Source of the DNA: Ruditapes philippinarum
Taxonomy: Eukaryota
Assembly (NCBI RefSeq): GCF_026571515.1
Contig: NW_026854172.1
Coordinates: 248,001 to 312,000 of the forward strand
DNA: 64,000 bases
Direction: 5' to 3'
In this document: positions 41,001 to 60,978 of the stretch, in pieces
How the letters are laid out: each line of letters opens with the position of its first letter
How positions within the stretch are numbered: the stretch's first letter is position 1
The notes under the pieces: model-generated
What the model was told of the DNA's origin: nothing
Databases searched by the model: none
Seen by the model: only the letters and a program-made list of their open reading frames with translations
Made by a program: the position numbers and the translations under genes

Positions 41001-44000
41001 TAAATTATAGTAACAATAACATACAATATTGGTTAAGAAAATGTATAAAACAGACATGACTCCCGGATAAGATATACTATGGGTAGTAAATAGAATTTAA
41101 ATCTTGAATAAGAAAATGTATGGGTCAGAAAAAACTAGAACTATCACTAAATGTGATTAATACCCCCACAAGTCTGCTTCGGAAATGAGGATGTTACTAG
41201 TAACAGAATACCTTGTAAAAGAATTGAAACATAGAGTTATGGTTGTGGGCAATTAAAGATAATTGTGGTTCATGTATGTTGCATTTCCTTTCAATGTGGT
41301 TGGCCATTGATGAAGTTTAATTGAATTACACTGTAATAAGTCCAGAAAGACAAAGAAAAAGAACAAAGGGCAATAACTCTATAAATACTGAAGATAGAGT
41401 TATAGTTCTTGTGCACTGCACTTCCTCTTATTGTGCTTGACCATTGTATGAAGTTGTTTTGAATTCCAACCAGTACGTTTTAAGTTATGCTCCGGACAAG
41501 GAAAAGTATCAAAGGGCAGTAACTCTGTATTTTGTCAAAATGGAGTTATGGCTCTTGTGCACTGCACTTCCTTTGAATGTCCTTGACAACTGTATGAAGT
41601 TGTACTGAATTCCAAACAGTAGTTTTCAAGTTATGCTCTGGACAAGGAAAAGTAACAAAGGGCAATAACTCTGTAATTAGTCAAGATGGAGTTATGGTTC
41701 TTGTGCACTGCACTTCCCCTTATTGTGCTTGACCATTGTATGAAGTTGTTTTGAATTCCAACCAGTAGTTTTCAAGTCATGCTCTGGACAAGGAAAAGTA
41801 ACAAAGGGCAGTAACTCTGTAATTAGTCAAGATGGAGTTATGGTTCCTATGCACTGCACTTCCTCTCAATGTGCTTGACCATTGTATGAAGTGATAATGA
41901 ATTCCAACAATAAGTCTTCAAGTTATGGTCCGGACAAAAGAAAGCAATGGAAAAGTAACAAAGGGCAATAACTCTGTAATTACTTTACATAGAGTTATGG
42001 TTCTTATGCACTGCACTTCCTCTCAATGTGCTTGACCATTGTATGTAGTTATATTGAATTCCAACCATTAGTCTTCAAGTTATGCTCCGGACAAAAAAAA
42101 AGAAGGCAATTGAAAAGCAACAAAGGGCAATAACTCTGTAATTACTTTAGATAGAGTTATGGTTCTTGTGCACTGCACTTCCCCTTATTGTGTTTGACAA
42201 TTGTATGAAGTTGTTTTGAATTCCAACCAGTAGTTTTCAAGTAATGCCCCGGACAAGGAAAAGTAACAAAGGGCAATAACTCTGTAATTAGTCAAGATAG
42301 AGTTATGGTTCTTGTGCACTGCACTTCCTCTCAATGTGCTTGCCCATTGTATGTAGTTATATTGAATTCCAACCATTAGTCTTCAAGTTATGCTCCGGAC
42401 AAGGAAAATGCAACGGACAAAAAAAAAACGCAATGGAAAAGCAACAAAGGGCAATAACTCTGTAATTACTTTAGATAGAGTTATGGTTCTTGTGCACTGC
42501 ACTTCCCCTTATTGTGTTTGACAATTGTATGAAGTTGTTTTGAATTCCAACCAGTAGTTTTCAAGTTATGCCCCGGACAAGGAAAAGTAACAAAGGGCAA
42601 TAACTCTGTAATTAGTCAAGATAGAGTTATGGTTCTTGTGCACTGCACTTCCTCTCAATGTGCTTGACCATTGTATGTAGTCATATTGAATTCCAACCAT
42701 TAGTTTTCAAGTTATGCTCCGGACAAGGAAAATGCAACGGACGTCTGGACCGACCGACCGACCGACCGCCCGACCGACCAACCGACCGACCGACCACCGG
42801 GTGACTCCTATATACCCCCCCAAACTTCGTTTTTGGGGGTATAAAAAACAAAAAACTTTTTAAGTATTACTTTATAATCATGTTGGATTACCACTCTGTA
42901 TAACAGTTGCTCCAATGCTACATGAAATGAATATTATATACATGTACAAAGAAAATTTTGAATGTAATGCACCTTCATTGTAACAGAGCAATCAATAGTT
43001 AAGTTATTTAAATAACAATAATTTATTATTTAACATGATGTAAAAACATTGCATGAAAGATGTTATAATGTTGATGTTATGCAATTCCTAGCATGTACAG
43101 TCTCATTTATTTCATAGTGCAAGCCTCACCTTTATAAGTCGGTAATAATTCACTGTCCACTTTAAGCTTGAATCTACTCCAGTCAACACTAGCCAGTAGA
43201 GGGCAGACTACTGTTACATCTAGAGGCAGACAACCAGGACCATAAAATGTTAACTTATAAATGTGTTAAGGAAGATTTTGTTTGTTTGTTTGTTTGATTT
43301 ACGCCTTTTCCCAACAGTATTTCAGTCATATAGGCGGGTAGTTTCCCAACCATTGTTCCTGGAGAGTTACACCAGTACTAAACTACCTTCCTCCGCGTTA
43401 AACTACAAAAGCATCTCCCGGGGATCGAACCCAAACCAGAGAGGTAACTGGATTAGAAGTCATCGACTCTAACCCCTCGACCACGGAGGCGGTGTGTTAA
43501 GGAAGATAATTTTTATATACAGCTTATAAAAGCAATAATATAATAAAGGTTTAAGGTTAACTGTTTGTACATTACATTATGATAGTTTGAATATCAGTCA
43601 AATTAAACAAATATGTTTAAATTTTACTGAAATTATAAAATCAAATATTTAAACAATTTTACATAAAATACTGTCATCATTTTAACATCTGTATATACTA
43701 TAACATATTAACCACAGGTGGCAGTATCAGTGTTTGGACACCCCACCCCTATCTGCGATTGGAACCCTACTACAACCCTGAAAAAAAAAATTCAACACTC
43801 TAAGGCTTACTTTATGGTACCAAATACAAAACCACCGATGAAATTATATAAAAAAAATTTTTCCACTATCAAAATTATAGTTATAGAAAGGTGAAAAGCC
43901 TACTATATGTTCATTTGCCATACAATGTGGAACACGGGAAATCGTCGTTTAGGCGACTGAGGCGCATTCCGGCAGGATTTCGCTGCATCATTCATTAACA

Positions 44001-47000
44001 TTGATAAAAAGAACTAGAATTCCACAGCTTATCTAATTCAAGTCTAACGAATATCACTAGCATTCCGATTTTTTCTGTTTCACGGTATTTTTTGAATTGT
44101 CGTAGCCATTTTGCAGTCTGATAACTGGGTTGAAATACGCAATCTGATTGGACGAGCCAAATTTGACGTCCAATCAGATCGCGTATAACACACAGGTATC
44201 AGAATCCAAAATGGCAGCGACAAGTCAAAAATTACCGTGAAATAGAAGAATCGATAGAATATTGATATTCGTTAAACTTGAATTAAGTAAGCTGTGGAAT
44301 TCAAGTTCTTTTTATTGATGTAAATGAATGATGCAGCAAAATGCCTTCGGAATGCGCTTCAGTCGCCGAAACGACGATTTCCCGTGTTCCACATTGTTTG
44401 GCAAATGAACATATAGTAGGCTTTTCACCTTTCTATAACTATAATTTTGATAGTGGAAAAAAAAATTTTTTTTTTATAATTTCATTGGTGGTTTTGTATT
44501 TGGTACCTTATAGTAAGCCTTAGAGTGTTGAATTATTTTTTTTTCAGGGGTTGTAGTAGGGGTCCAGGGGCAGATAGGGGTGGGATGTCCAAACACTGAT
44601 ACTGCCACCTGTGATATTAACAGTACTAAAAAAACGTATATTAAATCTACTTTCACATATAACAATATTTACTTTGCCACATTTACTATGTTTGTTTGAG
44701 TTTATAAATGGCACGGCACATTGGCGTATAACTTGCCAAACTGTGCCAAACACCATAATTATTAACATCTAGAAATTACAAAAAAAGCTTTGATCTTGAT
44801 ACAAAACACAGTGATTGCAATATTTTAAGATGGTCAGATATGGACTCAAACCCATGATATCTAGGTCGAATGGTTACTGGAACTCTATCCCCTTAGAAAT
44901 ATAACTTATGTCAAGGATACAGTACACAAGCTAGATACAGATTGTTCTACAGGTATATATAGAGCTACAGTAGATATATAAACTGATCTGTTCATGTAAA
45001 CATTCTGAGATGTCAGTACTTGTACATCAGTCCAGACAGGATCTATGGTACATGGTACCACTATGTCATAAACAGCTGTCATATCACTATCCCTGTAATA
45101 TATATATATGATATAAATATTACTAAATTATGTATGGACAATGAAAACCATATTTTAATGTTATGTTATGAAAAAGTTCCATAAAATTAAACATAACAAG
45201 GATATGGTATCGAAGTATGCATGAAAAGACATAATTATACACTAGCAAGATCATTTTCCTGATATACCTCTCATTTTATAACAATGAATTATTCAAATTG
45301 AACTGTATGTGAGGAACCTTCATTAAAAAAATACTTTAACAGCAAAAAGCCTGATACAGAAGGACAATAGATTAGAAGTACCACAACTTTTTGTTCTGGT
45401 TGGGGTTTAAATCTCATCAACATAGTATAGGTCATATGGCACGTTCCAGCTAAACTGGTGGAAGAAGACCTCAGGTGCCCTTCCGTGGAATATTTCAGGC
45501 CTACATGAGCAACTAAGTAGAACCAGCTAGTTGGAAAGCTTCCTCACAAGAAAGAATCCAAAGTCTCTGTCAGAACTCAAACCCAAAGTGGTGAGGGGCT
45601 AGTGGTTTGACCTTAACTACTCGGCCATGGATGCCCCCAAATACAAATAAGAAATAAACTTACTGGAGGTAAAATGCAGCATCAGTGACCATAGAGGGTA
45701 AACATTGAGACAATTTTCTCCACGACTCTACCCTGAAAATATACATATAACCCTACTTAGTATATGTATGAGCATTACAACATGCACAGACTAACGATTC
45801 TTCAAATAAAGTTATTACGTTTTGCACAATATTACAAGCAGGTCTACCCAAAATATTAATAAAGAAAAAATGTTAAAATGGTCTATTTAAGAACTCCATG
45901 ATCATGAACCAGTGGTAATGAGTCTAAATGTGCACAACAATTGTACTACTAGTATATAATGTGCTACACAAAAAAGATACCTTGTCTTAAAATGAATGAA
46001 AGAGTAAAAATGGTATTATGACAAGCCATGGAGTTGTATGGTGTAACAGACCCAAGTTATATAGTTGAAGGCCAGTAACAGGCCAGGGGAAGTTGTACGA
46101 TTGTTACAGACCAGGGAGTTATATGGTGACAGACAAGAGCATTGTATGGCTGTTGCAGGTTAGGAAGTTGTATGATTGTGATAGACCATAGTAATATGGT
46201 TGTGACAGGCATGGGGGTTGTAGGGGTGTGGTAAACAAGGAAGTTACATGGCTGTGACAGGCTATGGAGATGTAGGGCTGTGACAGGCAAGGAAGTTATA
46301 TGGTTGTCAGCATATTTGTTTGCAAAATTTACAATGTATAGGTTCAAAACAATAATGATTCCTATGTGAGTGTGAAACTTAAGATTGTATAACTTACCTG
46401 AAGTCTGTCTGAGACACTGCCTCGCTTATTTTCATTGTGAACCTCAAGTCAGCCTGGGGATGAAATTATGTAGACAAGAACAATGATCATAGAATTAATG
46501 AGGGAAAACTGACGGGCAAGTTTCATTTACTTTGTTTAGGTGAAAATGATGAAAAGTGAATCAGTTATCATAGATTAATGTAATTAATAAACATATTAGA
46601 CAGTTTTCATTAATTAAAGTACTGATCAATCCAGTTAAGTTTCATTGAAAATGAATTACTTGTGTAAGAGGAGTAGTCTGGACAAACTTTAAAAATAAAA
46701 ATCATTACTACTGTATGAAGTGACACAAAAATGAAAGATGTGACATGGCCTTGAGGTTAGGATTCCCGCTTGTCAGTTTTTAATTCTGTTAATCTTCCTA
46801 GTTATGTCACAACCATGATTTCTCTAATAGAAATAATATGAGCGGCGCCATGACAAAACCAACATAATGGGTTTGCAAACAGCATGGATCCAGACCAGCC
46901 TGCGCATCCGCTCAGTCTGATCAGGATCCATGCTGTTCGCTATCAGTTTCTCTATTTGTTATAGGGTTTGTAAGCGAACAGCATGGATCCTGATCAGACT

Positions 47001-49689
47001 GTGCAGATGCGCAGGCTGGTCTTGATCCATGCTGGTCGAAAACCCATTATGTTGGTTTTGTCATGGCGCGGCTCAAATTTATTAAATTGTTTAGTTCCAG
47101 GAAGCAAGACAACAGCGGTACAAGCTCCAAGTTATGTTTACAATCAAATAATACAATAAAAATGGTTTTAACTAAAATATAACAAACTTTAGGTCTGAAG
47201 ACACGTATCTGAGACATGTAACTATGTATACATGTACATTCCCTCATCATGTGTAACATACTGTCATGTATCTATAATATAAGTCAGACAACTAATAGTC
47301 AGATATACAGCTTTTTAAACCAAGGGAGGTAATAAATTGGATTGCAACTGTTGCAAACTATTTAGATTACTCCCCTTGTTTCATTCATTATTACCGGTAT
47401 ATTGAATTGTTCACTGTTCAATTTGATACATGTATTTCTTTTTCTTCTTTAAAATTCTATCATTGTATTTTTTAAATTTTAAGGACCTTTTTTTAATTTA
47501 AATTAATTGTTGATTTGATAAAAAACAACTTTTCAATTAATGGAAAGGATAAAAAAAGATTAACAATTTACCCTTAAGTAAAGTATAGACTCTTCAATCT
47601 TTTTGGATCTTTGGACTTCATTTAGTACATTTAACCTTTCACCTACAAGAATTAGATTCTGTTGAAGTGAACTTTGATCTTCATCTTCAAGGTGACATGG
47701 GTTCTGGATACACAGATGGCTTTCATTTTCCAGTGACTGCATATACCCAAGTATAGAATGTAAGGCTGGGTTTTTGTTGTAACCTGTTTTTGAAAAACAT
47801 CTTAACATTTTTTACCTTCCATTTAGCAATAACAAGAGCAGAAAATGTTCACTTTGTATACTTGGTAAACTTATCTTATAACTATGTAATGTGTATATAC
47901 AAAGTTGCAGGTCTTATTCAGATGTCAGTATTATACTAATTGCACCGTACTAATAAAGGCATGTTCAATTAAAGATTAAGAATAATACAAGATTATAATA
48001 TATAATTTATGGCATATAAAACCTCAAAAAGCATTTTAAAAAATACAAAAAAGTAATACACAAAATAAATATGTTCCCCCATCAATGAATTGACAACTAA
48101 ATAGAATGAGTTACTTTATACATTGGGGCTATATCCTGGTGTATATACATACATGTGAACTCTCCCACTTTTAGCGGGAGACTCCCACTTTCTGCAGCCA
48201 TATTTTCAAAGATCTTTCTTAAAATAAGAGGTATTTTTACAAATTAATTTAAAGAAATCTCCCTATTTTTGATCTCAGAACTTCCTTCTTTGTTTATTGC
48301 AATTTCTAAAATCTCCCTCTTTTTGAAGACAAATCTCCCACTTCACCATCAAAAAAAATTCACATGTATGTATATATAGTAGGCTCATTCTGTATTTTTA
48401 GCATATTACTGTATGAAATATAGACAGTGATAAACATAAGGGAGATTGCCACATTTGTACCTTCTAAATGATGTCGGTCTATTGGGCACTTGCTAGTTAC
48501 TGAAATATAAAACAAACAGTGGAAATTATCAAAGTCGCATATCTTTCATTCTATTATGCAAATTCCTTTATTGAAGAACATGTAAATCATTATTTTAATA
48601 AGAATAATTAAGACTAACTTTGGCTTTTCTTTGTATAGGAGATTATCAAAATCAAGTAATTCTTAATATTTCACATTCAAAAATATTTTTTGAAATATAA
48701 CCTTGACAAATATTAATACAAACATCTATTAAAAAGATTTATTTCCTATAATTACCTAAGAAAGATACCTTTGATATAGAACCATGATTCACTTGTAGAG
48801 TTTTGATATGTTTTTGTTGATTTGATGCTGACTTGAATATCTGCTCTTCTAGACTTACTTAATACACTTTGTAATATCTAAAAATATCAAAAAAATTAAA
48901 AATATTAAACATTATTTTAGTACTGTAGACCTTTACAATTTAAGTATTATGGTGTACATAATAAATATCTTATTTTCTTTGATGTATATTTTGCTCTTGC
49001 AGTAAAGTAAGTGTCCATGAGGCTTAACGTTTGAAGCTGGTCATAGATCAAATTTAATTCAGGCATTTAATGTGAATTTGCTGTTAGGTGTTAAGTTACA
49101 TTCAGATTTAGCTACAGCTACATGGATGATAAGATCCATTACAGACAATTTTAGATGCTTTTTAACTTAGTTGGTGGCAGTCCAGAAACAAAATAATATG
49201 GTCCACTAGAGGGCCCCAGACATTGGCAGTCAAAGAAATGAAGTTGGCTTAAGCTTTTTGTCTTATGTATTATTTTATAGAAGAAACATATTTTACTAAG
49301 TACTTACATGCCTTTTTGATAGAAACAATACAAATCTAAAAGAATACAGAAATTAAAGAATGCACACATCTTTGCCAATAAGAATATTACAAGAATCATC
49401 CATGAAGACAAAAATGTGTTAGGGCCCTCATAATCTAGACAATGACAAAATTTTTATTCACTTTAAGGCTGAGACTGGGGCCAGGGCACCCAGGTAGGAG
49501 AAGTTGCATCATTCTGAACAAAACAGTCTACAACAATACTCATAATGTTAAGTATTACATATTCAATGCTGCAAGATGATATGTTTAAGGGTTACATACT
49601 TCCTTTACAGCAGCAACCACCTCCACAGATTCTTCATGTTTATATGTTCCATCATTACCATCATCAAGTATGATTACTGTTTCTGCCAT
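35053..49689 (-). CDS. TOP6BL: Type 2 DNA topoisomerase 6 subunit B-like (TOPOVIBL, meiotic SPO11 partner), ~909 aa, 13 coding exons
   Basis: Exons join in one open frame: 49689-49600, 48877-48769, 48499-48461, 47783-47572, 46453-46398, 45732-45664, 45092-44921, 43253-43130, 40881-40759, 40435-40317, 38438-38328, 36917-36801, 36441-35053. Transducer-like motifs FYGPGCLPL..ASVDWSRFKL, VIQVFILLQF and ICKAVTDIVSMSSNEQFRTATLQYMKVKDTVEL. The C-terminus DDWFNDVLLEVGEWFD resembles the TOPOVIBL terminal W..EV...SEW motif. Identity is from recalled family motifs. Confidence 0.8.
37587..38240. mobile_element. Non-autonomous element with internal inverted repeat and long terminal hairpin (Crypton-like architecture)
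   Basis: ttattacccttcc (~37605) is inverted at ggaagggtaataa (~38085), then a ~135-bp hairpin centred on ctcgcctaacggctcgg. Confidence 0.6.
38458..38878. mobile_element. Second hairpin-ended non-autonomous element (Crypton-like architecture)
   Basis: tttattacatgc / gcatgtaataaa inverted pair, then a ~150-bp hairpin centred on ctcgtggctgcgccactcgtg. Confidence 0.6.
39197..39884. mobile_element. Non-autonomous hAT-like DNA transposon (688 bp)
   Basis: TIR TAGGGATGGCAACGA / TCGTTGCCATCCCTA; 8-bp TSD atttattg (39189-39196, 39885-39892); subterminal ccgagta repeats. Confidence 0.88.
41134..42843 (+). mobile_element. HINE/pearl-like element with 9 tandem ~146-bp units in TOP6BL intron
   Basis: 5' ACTAGAA..TACCCCC; units aaagggcaataactctg..gagttatggttcttgtgcactgcacttcc; (CCGA)n microsatellite; 3' hairpin tataccccc..gggggtata. 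Confidence 0.88.
43277..43492 (-). mobile_element. tRNA-derived SINE with (CAAA)n tail and 15-bp TSD
   Basis: Head ccgcctccgtggtcgaggggttagag..gggttcgatcccc; TSD tgtgttaaggaagat at 43262-43276 and 43493-43507. Confidence 0.85.
43713..44613. mobile_element. Foldback non-autonomous DNA transposon (901 bp near-palindrome), P-superfamily-like ends
   Basis: Arms of ~440 bp are inverted copies centred near 44160; termini CACAGGTG..CACCTGTG; 8-bp TSD atattaac (43705-43712, 44614-44621). Confidence 0.88.
45390..45640 (-). mobile_element. tRNA-derived SINE
   Basis: Reverse complement of the family at 5810-6006, including head ggggcatccatggccgagtagttaagg. Confidence 0.7.
46015..46310. repeat. Degenerate ~29-bp minisatellite
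   Basis: Recurrent ggaagttgtatggttgtgacaggca. Confidence 0.65.
46837..47077. mobile_element. Same palindromic MITE family, full copy in TOP6BL intron
   Basis: Both arms intact and highly similar to 337-573. Confidence 0.85.
48148..48370. mobile_element. MITE with CATACATGTGAA termini and internal tctccc repeats
   Basis: catacatgtgaa .. ttcacatgtatg, with TA-rich flanks. Confidence 0.65.
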
Positions 49690-51178
49690 GATGTTGTTAA
49701 CTCTAAAACTCTACTGTTCCCTTTCTGCTATCAGTAACTTGATATTTCACCTGACAGTTCATTTTGTAAAGTGTTATTGATGCACTTATATAATGATTCT
49801 TTTCTCAAAGATTAAGCCAGAAAAATAATACAGTAAACTAATTATTATAGTCAAAATAAAAATAAAAACTCTTAGAGTCTTAATGTTACAGCTTATTGTT
49901 GCTCTTTGTTCCATCTGTCCTTTTAATTATACAGAAATGTATTAAATAGTAACCTAATACATAGTATTAAATTAAAGACAAACATTTTAGTTTCGCATGT
50001 AAATTTAATCTGATATCAAGGAACTTCTATGAGAGGCACATATTAAGCTGTCATTAGTACTGGAGTAAACTGAAAACCTCTAACAAGTCTCACAGAACTG
50101 AACATAACAGCTATAGCTCCTTATATAATTTATGGCTATTGTTAGAACCTTATGCTCGTTCTCACATTCAAAGCATTACACATCTGAAAATGGCAAGTGC
50201 AAGAGCCACATTTGAGTTGTCAAAAAAACTTTGCTTATTGCAAATGTTTTGTTGTTTTTTCCCACATATTATTTAGATTATAGCGAGCTTGAAGGGCCTG
50301 CTAGCAAAGCAAGCTTTATGGTAATGCCAGTACCTGTTAGGTAGTGATGGTTTTAAAAACTTTCGCCAGAAGTACTAGAAAATTATGGGTAAAGCAACTT
50401 TTCGAATAACAAGATGTCAATAAAAGCTGAAAACAGATGCTTAGACTAGTCTTCTGCGCACTCCTACGGGAACCATAGTAGGACAGGGAACCAGAATTAA
50501 ATTATAATGTACTATAATTTCTGTCAAGGAGCTCACTTTGAGGCTTTGCTCATATTATTGGAGAAAAAGCTGAAAATGGACCATGATTCTGGAGAATAAT
50601 ATATACTGTGTTGATGGATGAAAGAGTTATGTGAAAAAGTTTTAAATGAGATAATCAGGGTAAGTGTGCGGATTTTTTCCAGCAAACATTTGTATTTTGT
50701 TGATGTAACATTGTTTTCATTACTGCTAAAGTAAGGTTCTATTAACATATATGATAAGTATGTGTGCTGGGATTGACAAATATACAATTCATTTGGATTT
50801 TAAGATGTTTCCAGCTCCACTGTGTGTTTCAAAATTTAGCACTCACATCAAAAATTTCTGGATCCTGCCTTAAGCAGGTGACAAATGTTTTTAATTTAGT
50901 AAAAAGTGAAATAATAAGTGATATTAAACGAACATTACGTTAAAAAATCGTTCGTAACATTCGGGTTGATTTGACAGCTACTGATCATTGCTGATTTAGT
51001 GTTAAGAGATTCTTGTCCAGAATTTCATGAAGTGCCTGTGAGATTATTCCATACTGTGCTCTTTTCTTCCTTTCATATTAGAAAATTAAAAATATTATCA
51101 GGTCAGTTAATCTTTAACTCCGCGAAAATGACTATTAAATGCACCATAAAGCGACAAATATATATTTTTAAAAATTAC

Positions 51179-52015
51179 CCCCACAAAACTTCAACCGGAA
51201 ACGGATGTGACAAATCTACGGAGTGGCACATCTTTAAGACGAAAAGAACTCATAAATTTTTGTATGCGAAAAGAACTTCTTATATTAATTTACGCTTGCA
51301 CATATTTATAGCCAACAGTCCTGTAACAGTACAATATATTGTTAACTTGCTGAAAATCTATACAATTACTTGTTAGTTTTAATTTCTAACACTGAAAAAT
51401 CCTGCTTTGATAATATATTTAGTAATAACATTTAGCGGGTGTTGCTCCAGCTTATAAATGCATCCCCTAAAAGTCAAATCCCTTGAAGATTTTTTTCTTC
51501 AGATGTAGTTTGCATTTTTGGGGAAGTGTGGGGTGTGCTCTTAAGATGAAACAAAATAATTTTCGCTATATAGATGTAATAGCATGGTGTTATATTCTCT
51601 ACAAATAGAGTGTAAAGACAGACTTTTTTCGTAAAATTAATATGAAATTATGAGAAGAAACGATATGGTTAACTAGTATGAAATTAAAAAAAAAATAAAA
51701 TAAAATAATGCAGACTTTTTAATATAATAGCAATGTTTAAATATCCATTTACTGTTTCACATTCATTATTAAGTTGGGTACGTGTGAACGTGAGCACAGC
51801 TTGGCTACCGTCATAATGTATGGAGTACTGAATTACCAATATACGTGAATACCTCTGATAAGCTAACCTTGAACTATATATCATTAATATAACGTGTGTA
51901 CTCCTTTGACTAATCAGTCATATACTATACCGCAGTGTTTAAAACTCGTCTGTAAATAATATTCAGTATCGTTTATAGACATTTGTTCTGGAAACTAATA
52001 AATATAAAATTTAAG
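51179..52015. promoter_or_regulatory. Putative bidirectional promoter between TOP6BL (-) and SQOR (+), including a candidate non-coding first exon of TOP6BL
   Basis: Minus-strand donor GTAATT at 51178 next to an ETS-like CCGGAA (51195-51200). The TOP6BL ATG exon has an acceptor at 49752-49751, so it needs an upstream exon. SQOR ATG is at 52016. Confidence 0.45.
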
Positions 52016-59576
<7,561 letters not shown>

Positions 59577-60153
59577 ATTCATACAGTGAAAAATAAAACT
59601 TTGATTAGGGTGAAATTGCATTGACAGTGCTAGTTTGATATATTGGTTCGGACTGTACAATAACTTTATGTGACTAAATATGTCAAGATAGAAATGTTCA
59701 TCCAGTTTACTTGTCTGGGAATGCCATTATGTTAGCATGACAAAATAGATTTATGATATCAAAGTATATTTGCTATTAGTATTACCCATGCCTTAAAGGG
59801 CACATAGCTAAAATTATTAGCCATAAAATGGCAGTACTATTTTCAAATGAATAAAAATGGCATTGCCTATTTTTGGTAATTCGATAGCAAACAAGAGCAA
59901 TAACTGACCAATATTTTAGCATGCGGTGTATCATACAATAACATAAGTATACAATACCACACAATTTGTTTATGTATGTCAAGATTTATATACACATATT
60001 GCAGGTGATATGTCAAGGTTATATTTGCATATATTATGTATCTGTTGTATTTCTGGGCGGATATTATTGGCAAGTTCCTATTTTATTGCCTAAAGAGACT
60101 AATAATATGACCTTTTTAAAACGAGATTTGTCGAAACATTTGACAGTTATTCT

Positions 60154-60978
60154 TTTATGTATTGTCCAAGATCAGGGTTACAATCACAGGATAGGTCGAA
60201 CTCGTTAGGGAACAAAGGGAAAACAACACATGATTTGAATGAAAATCGGGCATTTATTTAAAATGCCATAAATCAGCATTATTTATACTAAATACACAAA
60301 TAGATTTCATAACATAGTTTAATAAAAGATTCCCGAAAGGAACTAACTGGGAGGCAAAAACCGCCCTTACAAAGAATCAAGATGTAATAACATAAGACCT
60401 GATGTATTAACAAGAAAACAAAAGAGACTAGATCAATTTTAGAGCAAGAATAAGTAAAAAAGCATGTATCATATTTTCATGGACCCTGATCTTGGCAACA
60501 TTTGAAAGAGGTGGTGGAGTTGGAGGAGGTGGTTTTATTTTTTCTTTAAAAAATTGGTAACAAACCAATGTACGCCAAAATGAACAAAGATATGGCTTAT
60601 CTGTATATCCATTGGCTTAGAAAGATCACGTGTTTAAATGTAAACATCTGATTGGGTAATAGCATAATTTATGCGTCTAGCTAAATTCTGATTAACATCG
60701 TTAAGTTCCGGACGTCACAAATAGGGTCCAATGACATAAAATCTTTTATGTGGGCATAAAATATTATTTATGTATTGTCCAAGATCAGGGTTACAATCAC
60801 AGGATAGGTCGAACTCGTTAGGGAACAAAGGGAAAACAACACATGATTTGAATGAAAATCGGGCATTTATTTAAAATGCCATAAATCAGCATTATTTATA
60901 CTAAATACACAAATAGATTTCATAACATAGTTTAATAAAAGATTCCCGAAAGGAACTAACTGGGAGGCAAAAACCGCC
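60154..60978. repeat. 212-bp direct repeat pair (60154-60365, 60767-60978)
   Basis: Apparently identical copies by eye, 613 bp apart, downstream of SQOR. Confidence 0.85.

Larger units (their letters stand above)
43254..44920 (-). other. U12-type (minor spliceosome) GT-AG intron in TOP6BL
   Basis: Minus-strand 5' splice site GTATCCTT (44920-44913). Branch site TTCCTTAAC (43273-43265) ends 11 nt before the end of the AG (43255-43254), with no pyrimidine tract. Splicing here keeps the frame (..SSLCT|LTFYGPG..). Confidence 0.88.
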
